64,000 nucleotides of DNA, from NCBI GenBank assembly GCA_017436345.1, contig JAFSDH010000004.1, positions 200,084-264,083 on the forward strand, read 5' to 3'. Made by a program: the position numbers and the translations under genes. This stretch comes from Bacilli bacterium (GTDB lineage Bacteria > Bacillota_I > Bacilli_A > RF39 > UBA660). The notes beneath the pieces were generated by a model. The model saw only the letters and a list, made by a program, of their open reading frames with translations. It ran no database searches and was not told the origin of the DNA. Positions 18,537-27,434 of the stretch are shown here, one piece after another (the stretch's first letter is position 1; each line of letters starts with the position of its first letter).

Positions 18537-19183
18537 TTTGTTTTAACTAATTTTTTAACGGGTGTAATACCTAGTTCATGATATCTTGTATTATCAAGTT
18601 CTTCTTTTTTAATTTTATTAGTTAATTTTCTAACTTGGAAATAATTCATAAAATTAATATCATTTATACATAAATTTTTAACTTTCTTTGATTTAGTCAC
18701 TATATTATTAGTATTTTCATCAACAACAACATCTTCATTCTCGCTATTAATTTTATCTTTATATTTTAAAAATAAATTAAATTTAAGAGAAGCTAATTTA
18801 TAAACAAATGTACTAGCTGGTAATAGAGTAGCAGGAACATATAATAGAGTTGACCACTTAGCAACACTAACAGCAGCTGGCCATCCTCAAATAAATAGTG
18901 CAATAACTCCACCAATCATAGTAATTGCAAAAGCCCCAAATGTAGCAAGTCCTAAACAAGCACCTGTAAATTGAGCTAACTCAGAACTATCAGAATATTC
19001 CGATTCATTATAATCACGAATTTGTCTTTCTTCTAAATAATTTAATTTTTTCTTTGTACTATCATTATTATCAACTACTAACTTTGAATTATCAGCATAT
19101 TTTATAACAATAGAATCACCTTTTTCTTTATAATACTTAATAAAGGTTTTACTTTGTTCTTTGCTTAAAGAATAATTTAACAT
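18527..19183 (-). pseudogene. Membrane protein gene interrupted by one in-frame TGA (nonsense pseudogene or recoded gene); paralog of 19259..19897
   Basis: The track ORF 18887..19183 (98 aa) ends at TGA 18887-18889. The same frame then stays open for 119 more codons (GWPAAVSVAKWSTLLYVPATLL...LCINDINFMNYFQV...) to TAG 18527-18529, inside the bidirectional terminator. The 218-codon total matches the 212-aa neighbour in length and layout. Confidence 0.7.
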
Positions 19184-19258
19184 AAAAATCCCCCTATAAA
19201 TTACTCATCATATTATACTTATCTTTAAAAAAAAATCAAGAAAAAAGAATAGCTAAAA

Positions 19259-19897
19259 CTATTCCTTAGTTGAATTAGGTAAATATTTCTTCGATAAAAC
19301 TTTAGGTCTAGCTATCCCAAACTTTTCATCTCTATCAATATCTGATAATATTCTTGTTACATTTTCATAACTCATATTATGGATATCATTGATATTTAAA
19401 ATTGTATTAGTTTCTTCTTTCTTTACTGGATTTAAAGTCTTATCTTTAATCTCTTCATTACCACGATTTAAATATTCATTAATTCTTTTATTGTTTCTCA
19501 AAAATACTTCGTGTTTTTCTAAGTCTTTTAAATTCTTATTACAATTTTTATATCTTAGTAGATTGCCAGTTCCTGCAATAACAAAACAACCAATTGCAAT
19601 TCCTGTTAATAAAGATGGATTAACAATCATCATAATAGCATTAAATAGCAGAAAAACTCCATCATATATTAACCAATTTTTTGCACTCTTTTTTTCTTTT
19701 TGTTGTTTCGATTCGAATCTCCAAGCATTATCAACTTGTTGTTCCATAACCTCAAGTAAATGTTTTTTATTTTCTTCAGTATTAGGAACTGGATAATCTT
19801 CTCCGCTAGCTAAATTAACTTTTATATTATCTCCATCTTCTTCAAAAAATAAAATAAAGTTTTTAGCCATATCTTTATCTAAAGAATAATCTAACAT
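19259..19897 (-). CDS. Hypothetical membrane protein (two-helix hairpin), paralog of 18527..19183
   Basis: 212 aa. N-terminal MLDYSLDK... domain, hydrophobic hairpin, and the C-terminal LNINDIHNMSYENV motif shared with its neighbour. Confidence 0.6.
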   Translation of the reverse strand: MLDYSLDKDMAKNFILFFEEDGDNIKVNLASGEDYPVPNTEENKKHLLEVMEQQVDNAWRFESKQQKEKKSAKNWLIYDGVFLLFNAIMMIVNPSLLTGIAIGCFVIAGTGNLLRYKNCNKNLKDLEKHEVFLRNNKRINEYLNRGNEEIKDKTLNPVKKEETNTILNINDIHNMSYENVTRILSDIDRDEKFGIARPKVLSKKYLPNSTKE

Positions 19898-20022
19898 TAT
19901 AATTCCCCCTAAGCATTTGCGTTTTTTATATTATCATATTATATTTGAAAATAAAAGAATTAGTTGAAAAATAAATAAATATATGTTAATATCTAAATGA
20001 ATTTAAGGAAAGGAGTGGGAAA

Positions 20023-20100
20023 ATGAAAAAATTAAATTTACTAAAATTAAATATCAGTAGTAGTCAAAATGGGATAAGTATATTTTCCCATGTCTTTTAA
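20023..20100 (+). CDS. Candidate 25-codon leader ORF upstream of the ABC exporter
   Basis: SD AAGGAAAGGAG, ATG 20023, peptide MKKLNLLKLNISSSQNGISIFSHVF. An intrinsic terminator follows 15 nt downstream, ahead of the exporter's SD. Confidence 0.35.
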   Translation: MKKLNLLKLNISSSQNGISIFSHVF

Positions 20101-20114
20101 TAATCTAATATATT

Positions 20115-20148
20115 AAGAAGCTACTATTAATAGCTTCTTTTTTATTTT
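20115..20148 (+). terminator. Intrinsic terminator/attenuator between the leader ORF and the ABC exporter
   Basis: AAGAAGCTA, 7-nt loop, TAGCTTCTT, then TTTTTATTTT. Confidence 0.7.
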
Positions 20149-20163
20149 ATAAGGAGGTAGAAA

Positions 20164-21897
20164 ATGACAAAAGTAAAAAAAGAAAACTTGATATTTAAAT
20201 ATTTAAAAAATGACAAATTAAAATTAATAACTTACTTAATCTTAGTATTTACCTCTTATGTTCCATCACTAGGAGCTGCATTCTTTTGGGGGTTAGCACT
20301 AGAAAAGTTAATTATTAAAGATTTCAGTAACTTTGTCTTATATCTAGCTATTTGGGAAGGATTATATATATTATTTTATTCAATTCTTTCTATGCCAAGA
20401 GATTACTTATATAATTATTTAGAAATAAAGTTCACAAAAAATGTAATTAAAGATTTATATCATAAAATATCAGATTTACCTTCAATTGCCTTTGAAGATA
20501 TTGGTGTAGGTGAATTTATAAATAGAATGTATACTGATCCAGATCGCATTATGGAATTACTTGCTAAATTAATTAAAATGGTTTGTCGTGCATTAGTAGT
20601 TATTGCGGTATTGATCATTTCATTTAAAGTATCATTAATCTTAGGATTAGAAGTAATAATATTTGCTTTTATAATGGGATTTATTTCATATAAATTTTTC
20701 CCAAAAATAAAAAAGACTCAAGAAAAAATAAAAAAAGAGTCTGATGAATATGTAAAAACAGCAACTGAAAATTTAACAGGTATAAGAGAAATAAAGGCTT
20801 TAGGTATTAAGAAAAATATTGAAAATAGAATATATAATAATATAAATAATTTATTTACAAACCAAAGAAAAATAAAGTTATATGAAATAATCTATTATAA
20901 TCTAAATAATTTCACTTATTTTACACTTCAATTTATTATTCTTTTTACTTGTGGAGTCTTATTTATTGAAGGGAAAATGAGTTATGCTACTTTTATAATT
21001 ATTGAATCATATTTATGGAGAATTGATGAAGTAGTAGAAAGCATTAGTGATTTTGGAGTTAACTATAATAAAATAAAAGTATCTTTAAAAAGAATTGATG
21101 AAATAATTAATAATAAACTATATCAAGATGAAAGATATGGAGATAAGATAATAGATAATCCAAAAGGTATAATAGAGTTTAAAAAAGTAAAGTTTAAATA
21201 TCGAGAAGAAGAAGATAATACATTAAAAAATCTAAATTTAAAAATAGAATCAAATAAAAAAGTTGCAATAGTGGGTAGAAGTGGTAATGGTAAATCAACC
21301 ATCTTTAATTTATTACTACGTTACTTTGACGCAACTGAAGGAAAAATTTTGATAGATGGAATTAATATTGAAGATTTAACAGAAGAATCTTTAAGAAAGA
21401 ATATCTCTATCATTAGACAAAGTCCATTCTTGTTTAATATGACAATTATGGATAACTTTAGATTAGTAAAAGAAGATGTTACACTAGAAGAAATAAGAGA
21501 AGTATGTAAAAAAGCATATATTGATGAATATATAGAGTCTTTACCAAATGGTTATGAAACAATTGTTGGTGAAGGTGGTATTAATTTAAGTGGTGGTCAA
21601 AAACAAAGAATCGCTATTGCTAGAACATTGCTTTTGAATACTAAAATTATATTATTTGATGAAGCAACATCAGCTCTTGATAATGAATCACAAGAGTATA
21701 TTAAAAAAACTATTGATGATTTAGTAAAAGATCATACAGTTATTATTGTAGCGCATCGATTATCTACAATCGTTGATGCTGATGTAATACATGTAATTGA
21801 TAATGGTAAATTAGAAAATTCTGGTACTCATAAAGAATTATTAAATAAATCCAAAGCTTATAATAGTCTTTATCTAACAGAATCCTTAAATTCATAA
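20164..21897 (+). CDS. ABC exporter, fused permease/ATPase (MsbA/BmrA-type half transporter)
   Basis: 577 aa. Six-helix TMD plus an NBD with Walker A GRSGNGKST, signature LSGGQKQR and Walker B ILFDEATSALD. No C39 peptidase domain. Confidence 0.9.
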   Translation: MTKVKKENLIFKYLKNDKLKLITYLILVFTSYVPSLGAAFFWGLALEKLIIKDFSNFVLYLAIWEGLYILFYSILSMPRDYLYNYLEIKFTKNVIKDLYHKISDLPSIAFEDIGVGEFINRMYTDPDRIMELLAKLIKMVCRALVVIAVLIISFKVSLILGLEVIIFAFIMGFISYKFFPKIKKTQEKIKKESDEYVKTATENLTGIREIKALGIKKNIENRIYNNINNLFTNQRKIKLYEIIYYNLNNFTYFTLQFIILFTCGVLFIEGKMSYATFIIIESYLWRIDEVVESISDFGVNYNKIKVSLKRIDEIINNKLYQDERYGDKIIDNPKGIIEFKKVKFKYREEEDNTLKNLNLKIESNKKVAIVGRSGNGKSTIFNLLLRYFDATEGKILIDGINIEDLTEESLRKNISIIRQSPFLFNMTIMDNFRLVKEDVTLEEIREVCKKAYIDEYIESLPNGYETIVGEGGINLSGGQKQRIAIARTLLLNTKIILFDEATSALDNESQEYIKKTIDDLVKDHTVIIVAHRLSTIVDADVIHVIDNGKLENSGTHKELLNKSKAYNSLYLTESLNS

Positions 21898-21898
21898 T

Positions 21899-21927
21899 AA
21901 AAACAGGAATAATCCTGTTTTTTTCTT
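21899..21927 (+). terminator. Intrinsic terminator
   Basis: AAACAGGA-ataa-TCCTGTTT, then a T-run. Confidence 0.75.
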
Positions 21928-21969
21928 GGAAAAAAACAAAAATAATATTAAAATTAAATAGGTGATAGT

Positions 21970-22497
21970 ATGAAGACAATGATAATCTCTGATATTCATG
22001 GTTATAGTAAAAATTTAAAAATAATACTAGAAATAATTAAAAGAGATAATATAAAAAGATTAATAATATTAGGGGATTTATTATCACCAGGATCAGATTA
22101 TGAAGAAGTAAAAGAATTATTAAATAATTTAAATATATCTATTCTATGTATGAAAGGAAATAATGATAATTATATTTATCCTGGTGAATTGAATTTTAAT
22201 ATAATAGATGATTATTTAAATATAAAACTAGATAGTAATAATACTTATATAACACATGGTCATAAGTTTAATAAAAATAATCTTCCTATTGAAGATAAAG
22301 ATATAATTATTGTTGGTCATACTCATATTTGTTCAATGTGTAAAGACACTAATAAATATTTTTTAAATCCAGGGTCTATTTCTCTTCCTAGAGATAATAC
22401 TGATGGAACATATATTATTTACGAAGATAATAAATTTTATTTATATGATATATATGAAAATTTACTAAATTATTTAGAAATAGAAAGATGTGATTAA
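21970..22497 (+). CDS. YfcE/MJ0936-family metallophosphoesterase
   Basis: 175 aa. ISDIHG, LGDL, GNND, THGH, VGHTH. Confidence 0.85.
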   Translation: MKTMIISDIHGYSKNLKIILEIIKRDNIKRLIILGDLLSPGSDYEEVKELLNNLNISILCMKGNNDNYIYPGELNFNIIDDYLNIKLDSNNTYITHGHKFNKNNLPIEDKDIIIVGHTHICSMCKDTNKYFLNPGSISLPRDNTDGTYIIYEDNKFYLYDIYENLLNYLEIERCD

Positions 22498-22909
22498 TAT
22501 GCCTAAGAATACGCCTAAAGTAAATCGTCATCCTAAAACTGGAGATAGATTGACCAATCCCCCTAAAGTAAATCATAAGGAAGAAAAAATAAATATTAAT
22601 GATACTCCTTTACTCAGTATGGAAGTAATTACAAGAAAAGAACAAGAAAAAGAATTACTTAGAAAAAATAAAATAAAAGAACAACAAAAGAAGGAAGAAG
22701 AAAATATTGCCAAAGAATCTGATAAGGGATTAGCGTTTTTTATATTTCTTTGCATACTAGCTGGATTTTATGGAGTAATGCCTTTAATTGGATTTATTAC
22801 TTTACTATTATCGAAAGATCTATATATAAATAAAAATATAAAAAACTTTTTAATAATATCAAGTTTAATAGAAATAATTATAACAATATGTATAAATATG
22901 TTAATTTAA
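22490..22909 (+). CDS. Hypothetical membrane protein
   Basis: 139 aa (alternative ATG 22499). Basic N-terminus with a duplicated PKVN(R/H) unit, then C-terminal hydrophobic helices. Confidence 0.5.
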   Translation: MINMPKNTPKVNRHPKTGDRLTNPPKVNHKEEKININDTPLLSMEVITRKEQEKELLRKNKIKEQQKKEEENIAKESDKGLAFFIFLCILAGFYGVMPLIGFITLLLSKDLYINKNIKNFLIISSLIEIIITICINMLI

Positions 22910-22936
22910 AGTATTGCAAAACAATACTTTTTTTAA
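22909..22936 (+). terminator. Intrinsic terminator
   Basis: AAGTATTG-caaaa-CAATACTT, then TTTTT. Confidence 0.7.
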
Positions 22937-22963
22937 TTATTTAAATGCAATCAATAATTAATA

Positions 22964-22972
22964 TGTTATAAT
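22964..22972 (+). promoter_or_regulatory. Extended -10 element (TGTTATAAT) upstream of folD
   Basis: TGnTATAAT lies 19 nt before the folD ATG region and SD GGAGAG. Confidence 0.4.
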
Positions 22973-22990
22973 TAATATAGGAGAGATAAT

Positions 22991-23824
22991 ATGAAATTGA
23001 TAGATGGAAAAAAAATACAAACAGAAATGATTGAAGAGTTAAATCATAAAGTAAGTGATTTAATGTTTGCACCAAAATTAGTTATTATTCAAGTAGGTGA
23101 TTTTGGTCCTAGTAACAAATATGTAGCACAAAAGAAAACAGTAGGAGAAAAAGTTGGAATAGATGTTGAACATATTCGTTTTTATGAGGATAATACAGAA
23201 GAAGAAATTCTTAATAAAATAGATGAATTAAATGAAGATCCTAAAGTAAATGGTATAATGGTTCAATTACCTTTACCAAAAGGATTTGATGAAGATAAAA
23301 TTACTAATCGTGTTAGTAGTAAAAAAGATGTTGATGGATTGACAACTGAAAATATAGGATTATTGTTTGATGGTAAAAATGCTTTTACACCATGTACAGC
23401 ATTAGGTGTAATGGAACTATTTAAAAGATATAATATTGATTTAAAAGGAAAACATGCAGTAATCTTAGGAAGAAGTAAATTAGTAGGAAAACCTTTAATA
23501 GCATGTTTATTAAATGAAAATGCTACAGTAACAGTATGTCATTCAAAAACTGAGAATTTAAGTTCTATTACTAAAAAAGCAGATATTTTAATAGTTGCAA
23601 TTGGAAAAAAACATTTTGTAACTAAAGATATGATAAAGAAAGGAACAGTTATTATAGATGTTGGAATAAATGTTGAAGATGGTAAAATCTATGGGGATGT
23701 TAATTTTGATGATGTTAAAGAAAAAGCATCTTTCTTAACACCAGTACCAAACGGAGTAGGAAGAATGACCGTTATATCTTTAATGAATAATGTTATTAAA
23801 GCATACCAAGAACAATCCAAATAA
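22991..23824 (+). CDS. folD: Bifunctional methylenetetrahydrofolate dehydrogenase/methenyl-THF cyclohydrolase
   Basis: 277 aa. VQLPLP, DVDG, GRSKLVGKPL, TPVPNGVGRMT. Confidence 0.95.
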   Translation: MKLIDGKKIQTEMIEELNHKVSDLMFAPKLVIIQVGDFGPSNKYVAQKKTVGEKVGIDVEHIRFYEDNTEEEILNKIDELNEDPKVNGIMVQLPLPKGFDEDKITNRVSSKKDVDGLTTENIGLLFDGKNAFTPCTALGVMELFKRYNIDLKGKHAVILGRSKLVGKPLIACLLNENATVTVCHSKTENLSSITKKADILIVAIGKKHFVTKDMIKKGTVIIDVGINVEDGKIYGDVNFDDVKEKASFLTPVPNGVGRMTVISLMNNVIKAYQEQSK

Positions 23825-23886
23825 CTATTGATAAAAAAAGTATTTACGATTAAAATATAATTAAGATAAAGTAGAGGGGAATAAGT

Positions 23887-25449
23887 ATGGAAGGAAAGAA
23901 AACAATCCTATTCTTAGCTAATGGCTTTGGTATGGAAGCAAAAGATTCATATAGCCTTGGTGATGATTTAATTCCTACAGTAACTAAATTAAGCCAAGAA
24001 TATATGTTTACAGGAATATCAGCTAGCGGTAAAGAATGTGGTTTCTCTAAAAATCAAGTAAGCGCATATAAAACAGGATATTCTTGTTTTTCAAATGGTG
24101 GATATGTTGATTTAGCTGTTCAAAGTATGGATAAAAGAATTTTGGAAAACAATTTTATTGATCAAAACATGCTTAACAGTATCGATTTTGCTGTTCAAAA
24201 TAAGTCTAAAATGCATGTATTCTTCATGATTGGTGATAAATTCTCTTATTCAACAGGTGATCAATTAAAAGCTTTTGTAAAAAAATGTGTAGAGCAAGGT
24301 GTTAAAAGAGTATGTATCCATTTATTTGTTGGTTATAACAGTGAAAGAGGTTTAAAAACTGCTAAGGACTCAATAAAAGCAATAACAAGAACTATATCTG
24401 AATATGAAAATGTAAAAATATCTTTAATTGTTGGCGTAGATCAAGTTAGTGATTCGACATCCGTTACAAATTTATCTAAAATATATAAAATTTGTACAAC
24501 TTCAATTGGTGAAACCTGGCCAGATTGGCAAGAATTATTTGATACAAGATATAAAGCTGGAGTTCCAGATGAACAAATAAATCCATTCTTAATTAGAAGA
24601 GAAGTTTTATTTGAAAGTAATGATAGTATTTTTATCTTTAATTATGAATCGATGCCTATTACTAGGTATTTAAGTATCATCGTTAATCCAAAACAATTAT
24701 TTAATGTTGATACTAATCCAACTAATATAAAAATAACTTCACTATTACCAATTCAAGAGAAAACAACTTTAGCGCATTGTTATGAATATGATATGCCAAC
24801 AAATTATTTTACAAAAGATTTAGAAACACTAGGTAAAAAAGCAACATTAATAGCTGACAGTTCAAGAGCTGGTTTTATCAATAGTGTTTTAAATGGAAAT
24901 AGAAATGAAATAAGTCCATTCTTAAATACTAAATCAGTTAAAATTAATAATGATTATTTTGCTGAAATGACCCAAATATTACTAAATGAAATCCAAAATG
25001 GACAAGATGAGATAATTATTATCGATTATAATTTAATGAATGATTATAAAAAAGGTGATGTCGAAAAATTAAGATTTAATTTTGGACAAATGGATAAAGC
25101 TTTAAGAAAAGTTTATGAATATACATATAAGAATCATCATCGTTTAATCTTTACATCATTATATGGTGTAAAAGAAGAGGCTATAGTTAAAGAAGAAAGA
25201 GTCTTAATAAACTATGCAAATCGTGTACCATATATTATTGTTGATGATGAATATACTAGAAATACTGCTCTTTTAGCAGGGGATTCTATTAGTCTTATAT
25301 CTCAAACTTTATTGTATGTATCCGGTGATAAGAAAAGAAGAACAATGGTAATATTAAAAGGAAAAGGATCAAGTGGTAACTTAAAAATATTATTAATAGG
25401 ATTTATCATATTAGTAATTATGATTGTAGTAAAGTTACTTTTAGGGTAG
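23887..25449 (+). CDS. Cofactor-independent phosphoglycerate mutase (iPGM)-like protein with degenerate active site and C-terminal TM anchor
   Basis: 520 aa. Collinear with recalled iPGM blocks (KKTILFLANGFG vs KKP..LIILDGFG; KMHVFFMIGD...VCIHLFVGYNSERG vs LHLFGLLSDGGVHSH...VYIHGFLDGRD; DSIFIFNYESMP vs DSVIFYNFRPDR). Catalytic Ser and metal ligands are replaced. Ends with helix ILLIGFIILVIMIVVKLLL. Confidence 0.55.
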   Translation: MEGKKTILFLANGFGMEAKDSYSLGDDLIPTVTKLSQEYMFTGISASGKECGFSKNQVSAYKTGYSCFSNGGYVDLAVQSMDKRILENNFIDQNMLNSIDFAVQNKSKMHVFFMIGDKFSYSTGDQLKAFVKKCVEQGVKRVCIHLFVGYNSERGLKTAKDSIKAITRTISEYENVKISLIVGVDQVSDSTSVTNLSKIYKICTTSIGETWPDWQELFDTRYKAGVPDEQINPFLIRREVLFESNDSIFIFNYESMPITRYLSIIVNPKQLFNVDTNPTNIKITSLLPIQEKTTLAHCYEYDMPTNYFTKDLETLGKKATLIADSSRAGFINSVLNGNRNEISPFLNTKSVKINNDYFAEMTQILLNEIQNGQDEIIIIDYNLMNDYKKGDVEKLRFNFGQMDKALRKVYEYTYKNHHRLIFTSLYGVKEEAIVKEERVLINYANRVPYIIVDDEYTRNTALLAGDSISLISQTLLYVSGDKKRRTMVILKGKGSSGNLKILLIGFIILVIMIVVKLLLG

Positions 25450-25454
25450 TTTAA

Positions 25455-25985
25455 ATGACAAAAGATGAAGCAGAAAAAAGTTTTTGGATATCTATTATAT
25501 CTTTAGTTTTATTTTCAGTATTTGGAATTTATTTAATGCTTAAACCAGATACAACAATTGCTATGATATCTAAAGTTTTAGCACTAATTACTTTAGCAAT
25601 ATCAATCTTTGGAGTTGTAAGATATTTTATAAGAAAAGATAAAACTAAAAAAATAGATATTAATATAATATATGGATTAATAGCTTTAATAATAGCTATA
25701 ATCTTATATTTTAATCCATATTTAATTAAAGGTATAATTCCCATTGCATTAGGTGGATTTATGCTTATAAATATTGTTCTAAAAATAGGATATATAAAAC
25801 AAGTTAAAAAAAATGAAAAAAATGATTTTGGAGTATGTATATTTACATTTATAATGATGTTAATATTAAGTGCATTAGTAATACTAAATCCATTAAATAG
25901 TAATCAAATATTAGGAATGACGATAATATTTTATCAAGTATTAGATGTAATATTATGTTACTTATTTAAAAATAATATTTTATAG
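25455..25985 (+). CDS. Polytopic membrane protein (DUF308/HdeD-like, tentative)
   Basis: 176 aa, about 6 hydrophobic helices in pairs. Confidence 0.45.
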   Translation: MTKDEAEKSFWISIISLVLFSVFGIYLMLKPDTTIAMISKVLALITLAISIFGVVRYFIRKDKTKKIDINIIYGLIALIIAIILYFNPYLIKGIIPIALGGFMLINIVLKIGYIKQVKKNEKNDFGVCIFTFIMMLILSALVILNPLNSNQILGMTIIFYQVLDVILCYLFKNNIL

Positions 25986-25994
25986 GAGGAATAT

Positions 25995-26267
25995 ATGACA
26001 GGAAATGTAGTAATGATGTCGATTATTTATATCTTAGCAATCGCATTATTAATAATATTAATTATTCTAGGAATAAAGGCAATATTTGCTGTTGATACAT
26101 TAAACGATAATTTAAAAGAAGTTAATAAAAAGATTCATTCATTTGATGGTCTGTTTGATTTTATTGATGGATTAAGTTATAGTTTATCAGTAGTAAATAA
26201 AAAATTTATATCAAAAATGGATTATATTTTAGGATTAATTCCTAAATTTAGAAAGGGTGATAAATAA
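25995..26267 (+). CDS. Small membrane-anchored protein (DUF948-like, tentative)
   Basis: 90 aa. One N-terminal TM helix plus a helical tail. The stop overlaps the ATG of the YtxH-like gene (TAATG). Confidence 0.45.
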   Translation: MTGNVVMMSIIYILAIALLIILIILGIKAIFAVDTLNDNLKEVNKKIHSFDGLFDFIDGLSYSLSVVNKKFISKMDYILGLIPKFRKGDK

Positions 26268-26668
26268 TGAGTAAAAAAACAGGATGGGGAAAATTTGCAT
26301 TAGGAGCAGCTGTAGGTGCAGCATTAGGTGTATTATTCGCACCTAAATCAGGAAAAGAAACAAGAAAGGAATTAAAAGCAAAAGCAGAAGAATTACTAAA
26401 AAAAGCTAAAGAAATTGATATTGTTGAAGTAAAAGATAAAGTTGTTTGTAAAACTCAAGAAATTATTGAAACAATCAAAGAATTAGATAAAGAAACTGCT
26501 AAAGAAATCGCATTAGAAAAAATTGATTTACTAAAATTAAAATGCGAAGAACTTGTTGAATATGCTAAAGAAAAAGCAACTCCTGTAGTTGAAAAAGCTG
26601 CTGATGAATTAAGAAAAAAAGCACTTTCAGTTACTAAAGATATTGAAAAAAAATTAGAAAATAAATAG
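26267..26668 (+). CDS. YtxH-domain general-stress-type protein
   Basis: 133 aa. GAAVGAALGVLFAPKSGKETRKELK is the YtxH signature, followed by a long amphipathic helix. Confidence 0.75.
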   Translation: MSKKTGWGKFALGAAVGAALGVLFAPKSGKETRKELKAKAEELLKKAKEIDIVEVKDKVVCKTQEIIETIKELDKETAKEIALEKIDLLKLKCEELVEYAKEKATPVVEKAADELRKKALSVTKDIEKKLENK

Positions 26669-26694
26669 AAGTATAGAAATATACTTCTTTTTTA
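26667..26694 (+). terminator. Intrinsic terminator
   Basis: AGAAGTATA-gaaa-TATACTTCT, then TTTTT. Confidence 0.75.
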
Positions 26695-26706
26695 AAAGGA
26701 GTATTT

Positions 26707-27345
26707 ATGGTTAATCAAAAAAGAGTTAATGAAATAATAAATGAAATAAAACCAGCAACATTAGTAGCAGCAACTAAATATGCGTCAATAGAAGATTTAT
26801 ATGAACTAGAAAAAGTAGGTGTAACAATATTCGGAGAAAATCAAGTCCAATCTCTTTTAGAAAAATATAAAAATTATAATGGGAAAAGTAAATTTCATAT
26901 GATTGGAACACTCCAAACTAATAAAGTTAAATATATTATTGATAAAGTTAATTTAATTCATAGTGTAGCTAATTATAGATTAATAGATGAAATCGATAAA
27001 CAATCAAAAAAACATAATAAAAATATGGATATTTTAATTCAAGTAAATATTGCAAAAGAAGATAGCAAACATGGATTTTTAGAAGAAGAACTAGATGATG
27101 TTTTTGAATATTTAAAAAATAAAAGCAATTTAAATCCTAGAGGACTAATGATTATGGCGCCTAACATTGATCCTGAAAAAACAGACATATATTTTAAAAA
27201 AGCAAAAGAATTACTTAATACTCTAAAAAATAAATTTTCTAATTATAATTTAACTGATTTATCAATGGGGATGAGTAATGACTATCAGTATGCCATTAAA
27301 AATGGTGCAACATTAGTTAGAGTAGGAAGTTTATTATTTGAATAA
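26707..27345 (+). CDS. yggS: YggS/YlmE-family pyridoxal phosphate homeostasis protein
   Basis: 212 aa. VAATKY (Lys), GENQVQ, HMIGTLQTNKVKY, LSMGMSNDY. Confidence 0.9.
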   Translation: MVNQKRVNEIINEIKPATLVAATKYASIEDLYELEKVGVTIFGENQVQSLLEKYKNYNGKSKFHMIGTLQTNKVKYIIDKVNLIHSVANYRLIDEIDKQSKKHNKNMDILIQVNIAKEDSKHGFLEEELDDVFEYLKNKSNLNPRGLMIMAPNIDPEKTDIYFKKAKELLNTLKNKFSNYNLTDLSMGMSNDYQYAIKNGATLVRVGSLLFE

Positions 27346-27372
27346 AAAAAGACAAAAAAATGTCTTTTTTTT
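27344..27372 (+). terminator. Intrinsic terminator
   Basis: AAAAAGACA, A-loop, TGTCTTTTT, then a T-run. Confidence 0.65.
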
Positions 27373-27434
27373 AATTTCATTTCGTAATATTATGATATAA
27401 TGATATATGTATAATAAAGGGGTCTGATTTGATT

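Noticed and set aside
19389-19796. 135-aa plus-strand ORF in the track.
   Set aside because: It is entirely antisense to the better-supported 212-aa gene 19259..19897. It has no SD, and its product is low-complexity and Phe/Leu/Ser-rich, as is typical of the mirror frame in AT-rich DNA.
20023-21897. The small peptide plus ABC transporter as a bacteriocin or quorum-peptide export pair.
   Set aside because: The exporter lacks an N-terminal C39 peptidase domain. The peptide has no GG-type leader or Cys/Ser/Thr-rich core. A terminator separates the two. A leader-ORF attenuator fits better and is kept as a finding.
27346-27434. A possible Rex operator or riboswitch upstream of adhE. I also looked for riboswitches or T-boxes ahead of folD, trxA and pncA.
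   Set aside because: I could not find a TTGTGAA-N6-TTCACAA-like Rex box or any extended conserved-looking structured leader. These gaps are short and contain only a promoter and an SD.
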